This document shows, in pieces, positions 41,650 through 55,319 of a DNA stretch of 64,000 bases. The stretch's first letter is position 1. Every line of letters starts with the position of its first letter. A program made the translations under genes and the position numbers. Under the pieces are notes generated by a model. That model searched no databases. It saw only the letters and a list, made by a program, of their open reading frames with translations, and was not told where the DNA came from. This DNA comes from Octopus vulgaris (lineage: Eukaryota). The DNA is taken from the NCBI GenBank assembly GCA_951406725.2, contig OX597834.1, positions 6,386,001-6,450,000 on the forward strand, written 5' to 3'.

Positions 41650-42051
41650 TCATAATAATAATAATAATAATAATAATTATTTATCCTTTCTTGCCACATG
41701 AAATGAAGTACTTTGCTCAAGAACACAACACGTCGCCCAGTCCAGGAATCAAAACCACATCTTACAATCATGATGCTGACACCTTAACCATTAAGCCACA
41801 TGACTCCACCTTATGAATATTTATTTCTCTAAAAATCAAAGAGAAAGAGGATAATTATGGGCGACTTTACACAGATTACTAAATTCACATTTATACCAAT
41901 GATAATTAATGCATGCGGTTTTCCTGAGTAAATGCCTGAATGACAATTTGGATAAGCTAGGGTTCTCAGAAGCAGCTAATTCACTCATTACAAATAAAAT
42001 CTATAAGTGGAACAGTAAAAATATGCAAGACTTTTCTTAAGTTCAACATAT

Positions 42052-42820
42052 GGGAACCTAACCTAGGCCCCCATAACTACAGCGTTTGCCTCTGGAATAA
42101 GGAGTGGTTGGAGATCATGCGGTCAACAGCCTCAAATCACCAGGTCTGGTCGGTGTTTGTGAGAGATGCAGCATTGAGAACGAATGAAGCCAGCTCAACC
42201 CACCCCGGGTGGGCCTCCATATCTATGGCGTTTGCCGCTGGAATAAGGAGTGGTCGGAGATCACACGGTCATTAGCCTCAAATCACCAGGTCTGGTCGGT
42301 GTTTGTGAGAGATGCAGAGTTGAGGATGAATGAAGCCAGCTCAACCCACCCTGGGTAGGCCCCCATATCTACTGCATTTGCTGCTGGAATAAGGAGTAGT
42401 TGGAGATCGCACGGTCGTTAGCCTCAAATCACCAGGTTTGGTCGGTGTTTGTGAGAGATGCAGCATTGAGGATGAATGAAGCCAGCTCAATCCACCCCGG
42501 GTGGGCCCCCATATCTATGGCGTTTGCCGCTGGAATAAGGAGTGGTTGAAGATCACACGGTCGTTGGCCTCAAATCACCAGGTCTGGTTGGTGTTTGTGA
42601 GAGATGCAGCATTGAGGACGAATGAAGCCAGCTCAACCCACCCCGGATGGGCCCCCATATCTAAGGCGTTTGCTGCTGGAATAAGGAGTGGTTGGAGATC
42701 ACACAGTCGTTAGCCTCAGATCACCAGGTCTGGTCGGTGTTTGTGAGAGATGCAGCAATGAGGATGAATGAAGCCAGCTCAATCCACCCTGGGTGGATGC
42801 TGTCTCAAGTCAAGCCAAGT
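42052..42820 (+). repeat. 5 x 146-bp tandem array of an RTE-like LINE 3' end
   Basis: ggaataagg recurs at 42094, 42240, 42386, 42532 and 42678. Unit encodes GPHIYGVCRWNKEW...ASNHQVW.VFVRDAA..NEASSTHPG. Ends in a (CAAGT)-like tail. Confidence 0.85.
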
Positions 42821-43299
42821 TACGTTATCTACATTTCAGTGTAAGAACTTTGTATTTCTGCTAGGATCCAGCTCCTTCCTTACAAGAAGATTGCAAGTAA
42901 ATAAAAATTGATGAGACTATACAAGCATGGTTGCATACATGCATAATTACATGCATACATTTTAGTGCTATTTCCTGATGTTCATGCCCCAAACATGTAT
43001 TGCCACTTGTTAGCCTCACAGCTGTGCTCACATGTATATTGATATTGATGTTAAGAAAAGAGAAGCCAAAATTACAAACAGTCAAAGCACATTGTATGAA
43101 GAGATCTTCCTAATTCATATTAAAGCTTCCAAGATGAACTTCCATTATTTATTTTTATCCATTACTGGAACACAGAACCAGATAGAAATCTAGTGGTGAA
43201 AGTATGTGATTCCTCATCACCAAGATATGTTATTGTTATTATTATTGGAAAAATGGATGCTGTTTCAGTCAGAATAGCTTTCTGCTACCAATAACCATT

Positions 43300-43678
43300 G
43301 CTGCAGAATCTGAGAATAAATATCAAGTTTTGCCAAAAGCTTGGTAACACTCAAACTCAAACCATCCAGAAGATTAAGCAGGTGACGATGCCATGAGTAG
43401 AACTCAGATGAAGGAATGGCACAACCTCTTCAAAAACAGGCCTCACCTCAGTAGAGAGCAAGGCATACTCGGGCAGGCCATCCACAAGCTGAAATGAGGA
43501 TCTGATTGAAAAGGTTTAGTGAATAGTCATGGAGGACCATTATGTAACAATCTAGGAAATTACCCAGGAAGTGGGAATAAGTACAGGACCAGTGTGTTCC
43601 AGTTTAACAGAAGAATCTTGAATGTGGAAAGTGTTGGCAAAATCTGTTCCCAAGGTGCTGGTGGAGCAGCAGAAGCAA
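43300..43678 (+). pseudogene. Mariner transposase N-terminal relic
   Basis: NIKFCQKLG..GDDAMSRTQMKEWHNLFKN..SGRPSTS..EVGISTG..KVLAKSVPKVL (decayed WVP motif). Confidence 0.85.
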
Positions 43679-43679
43679 G

Positions 43680-44779
43680 TGGAGGTGCAATTGCCCAATG
43701 GTTAGGGCAGCGGACTCGTGGTCGGAGGATTGCGGTTTCGATTCCCAGACCAGGCGTTGTGTGTGCTTATTGAGCGAAAACACCTAAAGGTCCACGAGGC
43801 TCTGGCAGGGGATGGTGGCGGCCCCTATTGTACTCTTTCGCCACAACTTTCTCTCACTCTTTCTTCCTGTTTCTTGTCCACAACTTCCTACGCAACCGCT
43901 GAGCCTGGATACGCATTCATCCATCCGTCGATGCTCTCGGTGTCGGGGGTTGACCTGCTTTCTCTTCTGTGGGTCTTACGAACAGCAAAGGACCACGTTT
44001 CGGACTTCTCCTACTACAGAGGTGCGATCTTGCGAGCTCTGGGACAAAGACCGCTTCACTCAACAGCAACAGCAGAAGAGCCGCAATGGCCCAATAGTTG
44101 GGTCAGCAGACTCGCGGTTGGAGCATCGTGGTTTCGATTCCCAGACCGGGCGTTGTGTGTGTTTATTGAGCGAAAACACCTAAAGCTGCATGAGGCTCTG
44201 GCAGGGGGTGGTGTCGACCCCTGTTGTACTCTTTCGCCCCAACTTTCTCTCACTCTTTCTTCCTGTTTCTTGTCCCCGACTTCCTACGCAACTGCTGAGC
44301 CCAGATGCGCATTCATCCATCTGTCGATGCTCTTGGTGTCAGGGGGTTGACCTGCTTTCTCTTCTGCGGGTCTTACGAACAGCAAAGGACCACGTTTCGG
44401 GCTTCTCCCACTACAGAGGTGCGATCTTGCGAGCTCTGGGACAAAGACCGCTTCACTCAACAGCAACAGCAGAAGAGCCACAATGGCCCAATGGTTAGGT
44501 CAGCAGACTCGCGGTTGGAGCATCGTGGTTTCGATTCCCAGACCGGGCGTTGTGTGTGTTTATTGAGCGAAAACACCTAAAGCTCCACGAGGCTCCGGCA
44601 GGGGGTGGTGTCGAGTAGCAAAGGAGGTGCAATCTTGCGATCTTGCAATCTTGCGATCTTGCAAAGGACCACGTTTCGGACTTCTCCCACTACAGAGGCG
44701 CGATCTTACGAGCTCTGGGACGAAGACCTCTTCGCTCAACAGCGACAGCAACAGCAACAACAACAGCAGCAGGAACAAC
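43680..44779 (+). mobile_element. SINE-C with tail T3, tandem trimer (~397-bp period, third copy internally deleted)
   Basis: Heads at about 43687, 44083 and 44480. (CAG/CAA)n tails. Confidence 0.88.
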
Positions 44780-45329
44780 TGGGAAAAGAGTCAGAGAATA
44801 TAAACTAAATTGCACAGAGTTAAATATAGAGCGAAGAACATAGCGAAATACATAGTTTTTGTCTCTATTATACATAAACAAATTTATAACATATTGATGA
44901 GAAACCATTCATATTAAGTTTAGATAAATCTCATATCGCATTCATAAATAGTGAATATTTCCTTTCTGTTTGGGTGTCAAACCGTGTGTCGTCTGTCTGT
45001 GCGTATGCGTTTGAGTTGCTGCTGGTGAGTCCTTTTAATGTGTTGTCTCTCTAAATAAGAGAGTTTTATTTACTTTTATCAAATATTTGTTTGCCTTTCG
45101 TTGTTTGTTTGGTGTGTAATGATTATTGATATATTGATAATTGATATATTCACAGTTGAACAACAAAAACACGACTGGTGGTGATAAGTTGTTTAACATC
45201 TTCATGAGTCAACATTCCGTGGCAGCCACCTTGTTAAACATTACCAGAAAAACAAGCTTCTTTGCTTCTTGTTCTTCCTTCTCTCTTTCCCTCTTACCTC
45301 GAACGCATACTCTTTCGATATCCATTCCT

Positions 45330-46318
45330 CTCTTTCTCTCTCTCTTTTTCTCTCTCTCTTTTTCTGTCTAGTTATTTGTCTATCTATCAATCTATCTCTT
45401 TGTCTCTTTCACTCTCACGCTCTCTTCTCTCTATCTCTTTCTCTCTATCTATGTGTCTATCTATCTATCTCTTTGTCTCTTTCACTCTTGCGCTGAGAGT
45501 GAAGGAGTTGGAAAGACAAATGGAAAAAAAGAGAGATAATAGAGAGAGAGCACGGGAGAGAGAGGAGAAATGAGAGTGAAAGAGTAGGAGAGACAACCAG
45601 AAAGAGACAGATAGATAGACATATAGATAGAGAGAGAGAGAAGAAAGCATGAGAGTGAAAGAGACAAATAGATAGACAGAGAGAGAGGGGGTGAGAGTGA
45701 AGGAGTTGGAAAGACAAATGGAAAAAGAGAGATAATAGAGAGAGAGTGTGGAAGAGAGAGAAGTGAGGGTGAAAGAGTAGGAGAGACAACCAGAAAGAGA
45801 CAGATAGATAGACACATAGATAGAGAGAAAGAGAGAGAGAGTTCTCTTTCACTCTGACCTTGCTCTCTCCGTCTATCTATTTGTCTCTTTCACTCTCGTG
45901 CTCTCTTCTCTCTCTCTCTCTTTCTCTCTATCTATATGTCTATCTTTCTATCTCTTTCTGGTTGTCTGTCCTACTCTTTCACTCTTGCCTCTCCTCTCTC
46001 TCCCACTATCTCTCTCCCACTCTCTCTCTCTATTATCTATCTTTTTCCATTTGTCTCTCTCTCTGTCTATCTATTTGTCTCTTTCTGTTTATCTTTTCTA
46101 CTCTCTCACTCTCACCTCCATCTCTCACGCTCCTTCCTCCTCTCTCTTTCCCTCTCTCTCTATCTAGCTATTTATCTAGCTTCATTTCTCTCTCACTCTT
46201 CTTGCTACAGCTATATCTTTTACTCTCTCCCTATCCTAATCTCTTTCTCTCTCTCTCTCTCTTTCCCCTCTCTCCCTCTCTCTCTTTCTCTCTCCCTCCC
46301 CCTCTCCCTCTCTCTCTC
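45330..46318. repeat. CT-rich minisatellite with an inverted GA-rich core (45496-45840)
   Basis: ~197-bp unit at 45496 and 45693. Its reverse complement lies at about 45870-46110. Confidence 0.85.
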
Positions 46319-46604
46319 AATAATTTCTCTTACGATGAAATTGTGAGACATTATTAAAACTCTATAAAAAGATATTCTTTCCATTTTAAATGAAAATAAA
46401 TAAAACTAATAAAAAATTAATTTAATTCCTAAAAAAAACAGTATTGTTTTTTTTTGTGTGTTTTTGCTTTTTCCAGAAGTTTCTCTCTCTCAACTTTCAA
46501 TGAAATATGCTGCAAACATTAAATCACGTCTCCAAAATATTAAATATATCTGAAAGGTTGAGCAGAAATTCTGGCAAAGTGATTATTTACTGACATAAAG
46601 ACAT

Positions 46605-47410
46605 TCTCTTTTACTCTCTTTTTTTCTTGTTTCAGTCATTTGACTGCGGCCATGCTGGAGCACCGCCTTTTAGTCGAGCAAATCGACCCCGGGATTTTAT
46701 TCTTTTGTAAGCCCAGTATTTATTCTATCGGTCTCTTTTGCCGACCAGCTAAGCTACAGGGACCTAAACACACCAGCATCGGTTGTTAAGCGATGCTAGG
46801 GGGACAAACACAGACACACAAACACACACATACATTTATATATATATATAAATATATACGACAGACTTCTCTCAGTTTCCGTCTACCAAATCCACTCACA
46901 AGGCATTGGTCGACCCAGGGCTATAGCAGAAGACACTTGCCCAAGGTGCCACGCAGTGGGACTGAACCCGGAACCATGTGGTTGGTTAGCAAGCTACTTA
47001 CAACACAGCCATTGTAATAATTACGTCTTCTACATACTTATTCTAAGACAAAGAATGTGGCCATGCTGGAGCACCGCCTTTAAAATCGAGCAACTCAACT
47101 CCAGGACTTATTCTTTGTAAGCCTAGTACTTATTCTATTGGTCTCTTTTGCCGAACAGCTAAGCTACAGGGACCTAAACACACCAGCACCGGTTGTTAAG
47201 CGATGTTGGAGGGACAAACACAGACACACAAACATATACACACACATACATATATACGACGGGCTTCTTTCAGTTTCCATCTACCAAATCCACTCACAAG
47301 GCTTTGGTCGGCCCGAGGCTATAGTAGAAGACACTTGCCCAAGGTGCCATGCACTGGGACTGAACCCAGAACCTGTGGTTGGTAAGCAAGCTATTTACCA
47401 CACAGCCACT
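46605..47410 (-). mobile_element. Two adjacent SINE-A copies (46605-47012, 47055-47410)
   Basis: Both carry the variant cagctaagctacagggacct. Confidence 0.88.
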
Positions 47411-47429
47411 ATTATTATTATTATTATTG

Positions 47430-47977
47430 AGTGAGAGAGCAGTGCTTGTCATCAAAGTGACACTGGGGTAAAATATACGAAGCCCAATATACTCATCATG
47501 ACTACCCGTCTGATAAGGGTACACCAGGCACATGCATCAAAACTATATGTGCGCGACATGGTGATCTCACATCAAGATAAACAGTGCATGACCTTGCAGG
47601 TGGGGCCCAGTTAGAATTTTCTTCTGGTCAAATAACCAATCTTGCTGAAAAGGTCCCTGAATAAGGGTTGTTTAAGGATGTTGAACGAAACACCCATGTT
47701 TCCAGAAGTGAATTATCCAAACCCAAAGAATTCCTTTCAACACATGGCTATGATGCTCCCCCACTACTTCTGCTCGTGATCAGAGATGCACATATCATCA
47801 GCCAATAAGGGACATGCTCAACTGGTTAAAGTCAAACAACTGACAAGCAAATCTGTGGTATTGAGCAGAATATTTGCTGTAGCCCATCTTTTATACCAAG
47901 ACAAAACAATGTACATGGTAACACTTGCAATCAGATAAGAAGCCATGAGAGCCACTGCCTGGTACTGCATCAGGGCA
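47430..47977. mobile_element. ~550-bp non-coding element embedded in (TAA)n
   Basis: (ATT)n on both sides. Reverse partial copy at 41160-41332. Confidence 0.6.
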
Positions 47978-48011
47978 TTATTATTATTTTTATTATTATT
48001 ATTATTATTAC

Positions 48012-48054
<43 letters not shown>

Positions 48055-48756
48055 ATTATTATTATTATTATTATTATTAAATTCTGCCGAGGTTGACTTT
48101 GCCTTTCATCCTTTCAGGGTTGATAAAGTAAGTACCAGTTGCGTACTGGAGTCGATGTAATTGACTGCTCCCCCCACCAAATTTCAGGCCTTGTGCCTAA
48201 AGTAGAAAGGATTATTATTACTATTATTGGAAAAGTGATGAGCTGGCAGAACTGTTAGCACCCTGGAAAAAATGCTTAGCGTCATTTGGTCTGTCTTTAT
48301 ATTCTGAGTTCAAATTCTTCCCAGGTCAACTTTACCTTTCATCGTTTTGGGGTCAATAAATTAAGTACCAGTGAAACACTTTTGAGTGAAACCTTTTGAG
48401 CACAGGGCCTCATGGAAGCAAGGTGGTTGATGCTGGTGGCATGGGAAAAGCACCTTTCAAGTGTTAGGACTCACGGAGACAATGACGTATGACCGAGACA
48501 GTTGGCATTATGCCATGCTTGAGAAGTGGGCCTAGCAGGCCAAGTAAAATTACAGTCATGGCAGATACTGGTATCACACAAATGGCACCCGTGCCAGTGG
48601 CATGTATAAGCACCCTTTACACTTTTAGACTGGTTGGTATTAGGAAGGGCTGTAGAAACCATGCCAAACCAGACTGGAGTCTGGTGTGGCCTTCCGGCTT
48701 GCCAACCCTGGTCAAATCGTCAAACCCATGCCAGCATAGACAATGGACCTTAAAGG

Positions 48757-48952
<196 letters not shown>

Positions 48953-49228
48953 TTAGAGTAAATTTAGCTTACAACTGTTCCCACTAATCATTATTGGTAT
49001 GTTATTGATAGGTTTGCTGAATTGGTCTATTGATCAGTTGAGAAAAGTTGAACGACCTTAAAGTAGGATTAATCAATTTTTTTTAACTGATCAATAGCTT
49101 GATTGAGTAAACTTATCAGTGATGTACCTATAATGACTACTAGAAACAGCTGTAAGCCAAATTTACTCTAATGAAGAAAAATATGAAAGAATCATTATTT
49201 ATATTTTGTTTTATACATATATATATAT

Positions 49229-49642
49229 AGGCGCAGGAGTGGCTGTGTGGTAAGTACCTTGCTTACCAACCACATGGTTCCGGGTTCAGTCCCACTGCGT
49301 GGCGTCTTGGGCAAGTGTCTTCTGCTATAGCCCTAGGCCGACCAATGCCTTGTGAGTGGATTTGGTAGACGGAAACTGAAAGAAGCCTGTTGTATATATG
49401 AATATATATATGTGTGTGTGTGTATGTGTGTGTTTGTGTGTCTGTGTTTGTCCCCCTAGCATTGCTTGACAACCGATGCTGGTGTGTTAACGTCCCCGTC
49501 ACTTAGCGGTTTGGCAAAAGAGACCGATAGAATAAGTACTGGGCTTACAAAGAATAAGTCCCGGGGTCGATTTACTCGACTAAAGGCGGTGCTCCAGCAT
49601 GGCCGCAGTCAAATGACTGAAACAAGTAAAAGAGTAAAGAGT
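49229..49642 (+). mobile_element. SINE-A
   Basis: Full-length. Confidence 0.9.
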
Positions 49643-49660
49643 ATATATATATATATATAT

Positions 49661-49823
49661 ATACTTTATTTAAAAGCAGCAGAAATATAACAAAAGCTGT
49701 TACTCGGAGTTTCACATTCCCGTTCATCAGACAGTTTTGTTTAAATAAAGCATATTACTCTACCTCTGGTATTTGAGTACTCTATTTTCCACCTTGTTTC
49801 ACATTTATGTGCTTACTCCGGTA
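49661..49823 (+). mobile_element. Penelope-like inverted segment + tail in (TA)n
   Basis: atactttatttaaa / tttaaataaagcat inverted ends. Tail shared with 35477-35545. Confidence 0.72.
49689..49741 (-). ncRNA. Type I hammerhead ribozyme motif, compact
   Basis: AACAAAACTGT-CTGATGA-ACG GGAA TGT-GAAA-CTCCGAG-TA-ACAGCTTTTGTT. 11-bp stem I with one bulge, GNRA-capped stem II, GUA site. Confidence 0.85.
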
Positions 49824-50028
49824 TATATTTGTATATATATATATATATATATATATAAATATATTAGAAAAAACCCCACCTTTTATCAATTCAAAATGAA
49901 TAATTGAATAATTAAATTACACCATCTAGAAAATTACATATACTGGAAAAGTTAAAATTAAAATAACAATTAAAAAGTAAAGATTAAGTAAATTACAAAA
50001 ATAATATAATGTATATAATAGGTAGAAA

Positions 50029-50117
50029 AACGACATGTGTTTCACTGCTATATTTAAGAAATGATTATATAGTAGTAGAGAAATCACTTCCATATAAATA
50101 TAGTCGCTCATCAGGTT
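50029..50117 (-). ncRNA. Type I hammerhead ribozyme motif, long stem II (in element ~49863-50139 between (TA)n)
   Basis: AAC-CTGATGA-GC..CTATATTTA..GGAAGTGATT/AATCATTTCT-TAAATATAG..GT-GAAA-CACATG-TC-GTT. Confidence 0.8.
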
Positions 50118-50136
50118 AAAAATATAATAAAACGGT

Positions 50137-50186
<50 letters not shown>

Positions 50187-50774
50187 TTGTGACTTAGTTG
50201 TGTAACTATATATTGTGCGAAGTATTCATAAAATTTCATCTTATGAGAAAAGTTTAGAATTACATTTTGAGGCTCTTGAGTTTAATTATATTCTAAGACA
50301 GAATCATGGAATCGTATTGCATGAGGCTCTTGAGGAATTTCTCTTCATTGTGCAATTAAATGTGTGATGCCATTTCATAATTACATCTGAGGCACCATTA
50401 CTGAGATGTATCTTGTGATGCGATTATATAAATGCATCTTGTAATAATACCGTTGTTAGATTACATTATATGATGCTGGATGTGTTAAGCTAAATCTTCC
50501 ATCATAATCACAGAATTAGATTATAGAATAAATAAAGCATAACGATTCTTTCCAAGTCATATAGACTCATAGGGCTGGTTTTCTGGTTTCCATGGAGAAT
50601 ATATATTCCTCTGGTCTGTCAGAGGATTACTCATTTTTGCCAGGTGAGTGGACTGGAGCAACGCGAAATAAAGTGTTTTGCTCAAGAGCACAATGTGTTG
50701 TCCAGTACAGGAATTGAAACCACAGTCTTAGGAACATGAGGCCAACCCTAAGTCACTTTTGAATAATTACATTG

Positions 50775-50960
50775 TTGAGATGTGGGCTACTATGAAAAGG
50801 GAAGGACATTGATTGGTTCTGATACAAAGACCCATGGAAAGATCCATGCTAGGAATATCTCTGTGAGAGCATATCTGAAATGAAATAATTTGAGAACAGA
50901 GTGAAGTAAATGAAGTGATTTCAGAATGCCAAAAGCCAAATTCTCCTCTGCTGGGTATCC
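50775..50960 (+). pseudogene. RTE LINE reverse transcriptase C-terminal relic
   Basis: EMWATMKRE..LVLIQRPMERSMLGISL*EHI*NEII*EQS matches the RTE ETW...QRAMERxMLGISLxxxIRNE pattern. Confidence 0.75.
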
Positions 50961-51235
50961 GTAACAGCCAAACCTTTCCTTTTCTGGGAAAGGAGCCGTT
51001 TACATGTGATTTTGATGTCACATTTGTTGACAGCATGTGAAATAATCTGGAAAAGAGAAAAAAACCCATGAAACAAAACTCCATTGTGGGGTAACTCAGA
51101 CTTACCCAGTGACCCTATGGGTCACGTGTAGTCTAGTCTAGTATATATATATATTTATATTTCCTGAGCGCCATACTAATACAATTGTTCGTTTGTTTTC
51201 CACCTGCCTTCGTCTTTTGTCTATTTTCATAAAGC

Positions 51236-51306
<71 letters not shown>

Positions 51307-51864
51307 ACATATATCTTCTGAGTTACAGATTTCTGATCACTCATTTGGTAATTTGAGACTGTTTTCCTTTGAAAAATCTGTTGTTTGAATACATTTTGAA
51401 ATATTACATGAGAGTTATGAAGAAAATGATTATTTTAATATTTTTTCTGTTTCTGAAAAAAAATATACCTTGCAAGTGACGTGTGCAAAAATAACTGCTT
51501 CAAGTTCATATTTTTCATTTCGTTTCAGGCTTTCATGGGAATATTTCAAATGTTTTATGCTTCATACAAATAAAGTTCCACTAATGATTTTTTCACACGA
51601 AATTACGTTGTTGCTTATATATTTAACAGTAATTTTTACAAAAGGATGGTGCATGCATGCATTTTTGTGTATGCGTTTTCTTCATTACTTTCAAATTATA
51701 TTTCAAAATATATTCAAGGAACTGATATTTCAAGGCCAAACCGGTTCAGAAAAAACCCACTGCGTATTCAGAAATAAGTAACTTGGAGTAATTTGGGGGG
51801 GGTACTGGAATTACAAGGCTACATTGAATAATACTCTTTACACATGTATTCTTGGAGAATCAAC

Positions 51865-52800
<936 letters not shown>

Positions 52801-53236
52801 ATGTTTAGCCGCTTGTGGGCAATAAAGAAATAGGTATGTCGTCTGCCGTTACGTTCTGAGTTCAAATTCCACCGAGGTTGACTTTGCCTTTCATCCTTTC
52901 GGTGTCGATAAATTAAGTATCAGTTATGTACTGGGGTCGATGTAATCGACTTAATCCGCTTGTCTGTCCTTGTTTCTCCCCTCTGTGTTTAGCCTCTTGT
53001 GGGTAATATAGAAACAGATAAATTAAGTACCAGTTATGTACTGGGCTCGATGTAATTGACTTAATCCGCTTGTCTGTCCTTGTTTGTCCCCTCTGTGCTT
53101 AGCCCCTTGTGGGTAATATAGAAACAGATAAATTAAGTACCAGTTATGTACTGGGCTCGATGTAATTGACTTAATCCGCTTGTCTGTCCTTGTTTGTCCC
53201 CTCTATGTTTAGCCCCTTGTGGGCAATAAAGAAATA
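52801..53236 (+). mobile_element. SINE-B partial multimer with 3 x 110-bp tandem 3' half
   Basis: gataaattaag at 52907, 53017 and 53127. Usual multimer junction at about 52832. Confidence 0.85.
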
Positions 53237-54193
53237 ATATAATGAGATTCTGTTATATAATTCATCCCCGGTGACATATTTGTGGAATAACATTGTATAA
53301 CATGATTTAAAGTTGGTTTTGCATGATTCTGTTGCATAGTTACATTGCGCTGATGTTATTTGGGAATAAATTGTACAATTCACATCATGTGAACCACTTG
53401 TTGAATAACATTATGGTATTCTCTTGTATAATTACATATTGTGGCACGGCTCTTAAAATTTGCAATCAGCAAATAAAACAGGCCTAAAGTAATAACTACC
53501 CAGTATGCTGGGAGTTTGAAAAAGGCAAAGTATAAAAGGGTAAAATAATATAATAAACCTACTGAAAAGTTGCCTTGAAACTCATAAAAAAAAAAAACAC
53601 AAAATATAAGATTATAATTCTTTTGCCACCATATTTCAACTGAAATACATTGTTTTGGTTCAAGTAGTTTTTAAAATAATGTAAAAGTTAGTTAAAGGAT
53701 CTTTTAATTATTCAGCTGGTATTTAAAGCATAAATTAACACAAAAATTTTAAGGAAGGCTTTAATCAAGGTTACTTTAAAGCAAGAAGTTTATATCATGT
53801 AACAAGGGAGTAGTGACATTCAGGCTGACATCAAAAGGGTTGTCATGGAAACAGGAAGAAGGAAGAGGATAACTGTGATAGATGTTTGGGGAAAGATACT
53901 ATGAGGGTGGATACTCTTCTTATAAGGGTTAAGGGACAACAACGGTAAAACGGAATGAGAATTAATAGAGAGAACCTAACCTCACAGATTCATGGGTGTT
54001 AGTACCATGTAAAAAGGACCTGTTCTGTTGCCACGTAAATGCACCCTGTGCACTCTGTAAAAATGGTTGGCATTAGGAAGGGCATTCAGCCATAGAAACT
54101 ATGCTGAAAGTGACATGGAGCCTGACCAGCTTTTTCAGCAGATTTGCTCCTGTCAGATTATGTAACCGATGCTAGCATGGGAAACGGATGTTC

Positions 54194-54246
<53 letters not shown>

Positions 54247-54301
54247 TAATTGTTTCTACTAAAGCCACAAGGCCTGAAATTTTGGGGGAGGGAACTAGTC
54301 G

Positions 54302-54339
<38 letters not shown>

Positions 54340-54535
54340 TGAGTATATTTTTACCTTGTTAACAATTAACACGGAAAAAATAAATAAATAGTTACCAGGG
54401 TAGCAAAAATCTCACAAGTAAAGGTGTTGTAACTCCTTGTTTATAAAGGTAGAAACTTCGTGTTTACGTTGAATATTTTGAATAAATATATGAATAAATA
54501 AATGGTATTTAACGCAGGTGTAATCAAATATTTTT

Positions 54536-54621
54536 ACTTTCGACACATGTTTCGAAAATTCCACTCATACTATTCAAAAGAATAAATGGTATAAACAATG
54601 CATTCTTCTCCTCAGGAAAGT
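54536..54621 (-). ncRNA. Type I hammerhead ribozyme motif, canonical core (in element ~54340-55005 between (TA)n)
   Basis: ACTTTC-CTGAGGA-GAAGA..TTTATAC..TATTC TTTT GAATA GTATGAG..TTTTC-GAAA-CATGTG-TC-GAAAGT. Confidence 0.87.
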
Positions 54622-55149
54622 GAAAAAAGCGAAACTTGTCAATAAGACATTTTAGCAAAAAATGATGGATTTGTATAGCGATTGATAGAACGCTATTAAT
54701 ATTGTTTAAAAAACCGTTATATGATATAACGTCATAAGTAGCTAACAGAAAGAGTAAGGATATTAATAGTGAATGTTAAATATAAAGGAAATTAAAGTTT
54801 AAATTATATATAATGATAGAGACTACTTATATGCACTAAATGTATATTTTTGCCAATGCTTACATCTGTATACTCTCTCTATAACCGTGTTTACTAGAGA
54901 ATTTTTAGAAAAAATAATGAAAAATAGCTCAGAATTGCAAAGAAGACAGAATTCCTTGCCTTTGTCATATGGTATCGAATTTGAGAGAATCAACCATTCT
55001 AAATGAAATATATATATATAAGGTGTGGCTGTGTCATAAGAAGCTTCCTTCCAAACCACATGGTTCTGGATTCAGTCCCACTGTGTGTTACCTTAGGCAA
55101 ATGTCTTCTACAACAGCCTCAGGTTGACTAAAGCCTTGTGAATGGATTC

Positions 55150-55310
55150 TTTATTTTCTCCCCTTGTTTTTTTCTGTGTTCCTTTCTGTGGAAGAGCGTA
55201 GGCTCGAAACATTAAAGACTTTTTCACTTCCTGAGCGTTATACTAATACATCTGTTTGTTGTCTACACCACCTGTCTTCGTCTTTTGTTTTTTTGTGAAT
55301 TCTCTCCCAA
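55150..55310 (+). mobile_element. Penelope-like terminal fragment with variant minimal hammerhead (55182-55217)
   Basis: CTTT-CTGTGGA-A-GAGC GTAG GCTC-GAAA-CA-TT-AAAG. Confidence 0.6.
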
Positions 55311-55319
55311 TATATCTCA

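Noticed and set aside
42068-42800. CRISPR-like or retrozyme-like regular array
   Set aside because: No unique spacers, eukaryotic context, and no hammerhead core in the unit. It translates as a LINE C-terminus.
47730-47805. CTGATGA...GAAA on the minus strand
   Set aside because: No stem I pairing, and the sister copy at 41.2 kb lacks the core.
51470-51790. Possible host exon in unique DNA (also 44940-45030 with CTG|GTGAGT, and 24160-24320)
   Set aside because: Isolated splice-like motifs with no recognisable protein or consistent exon frame.
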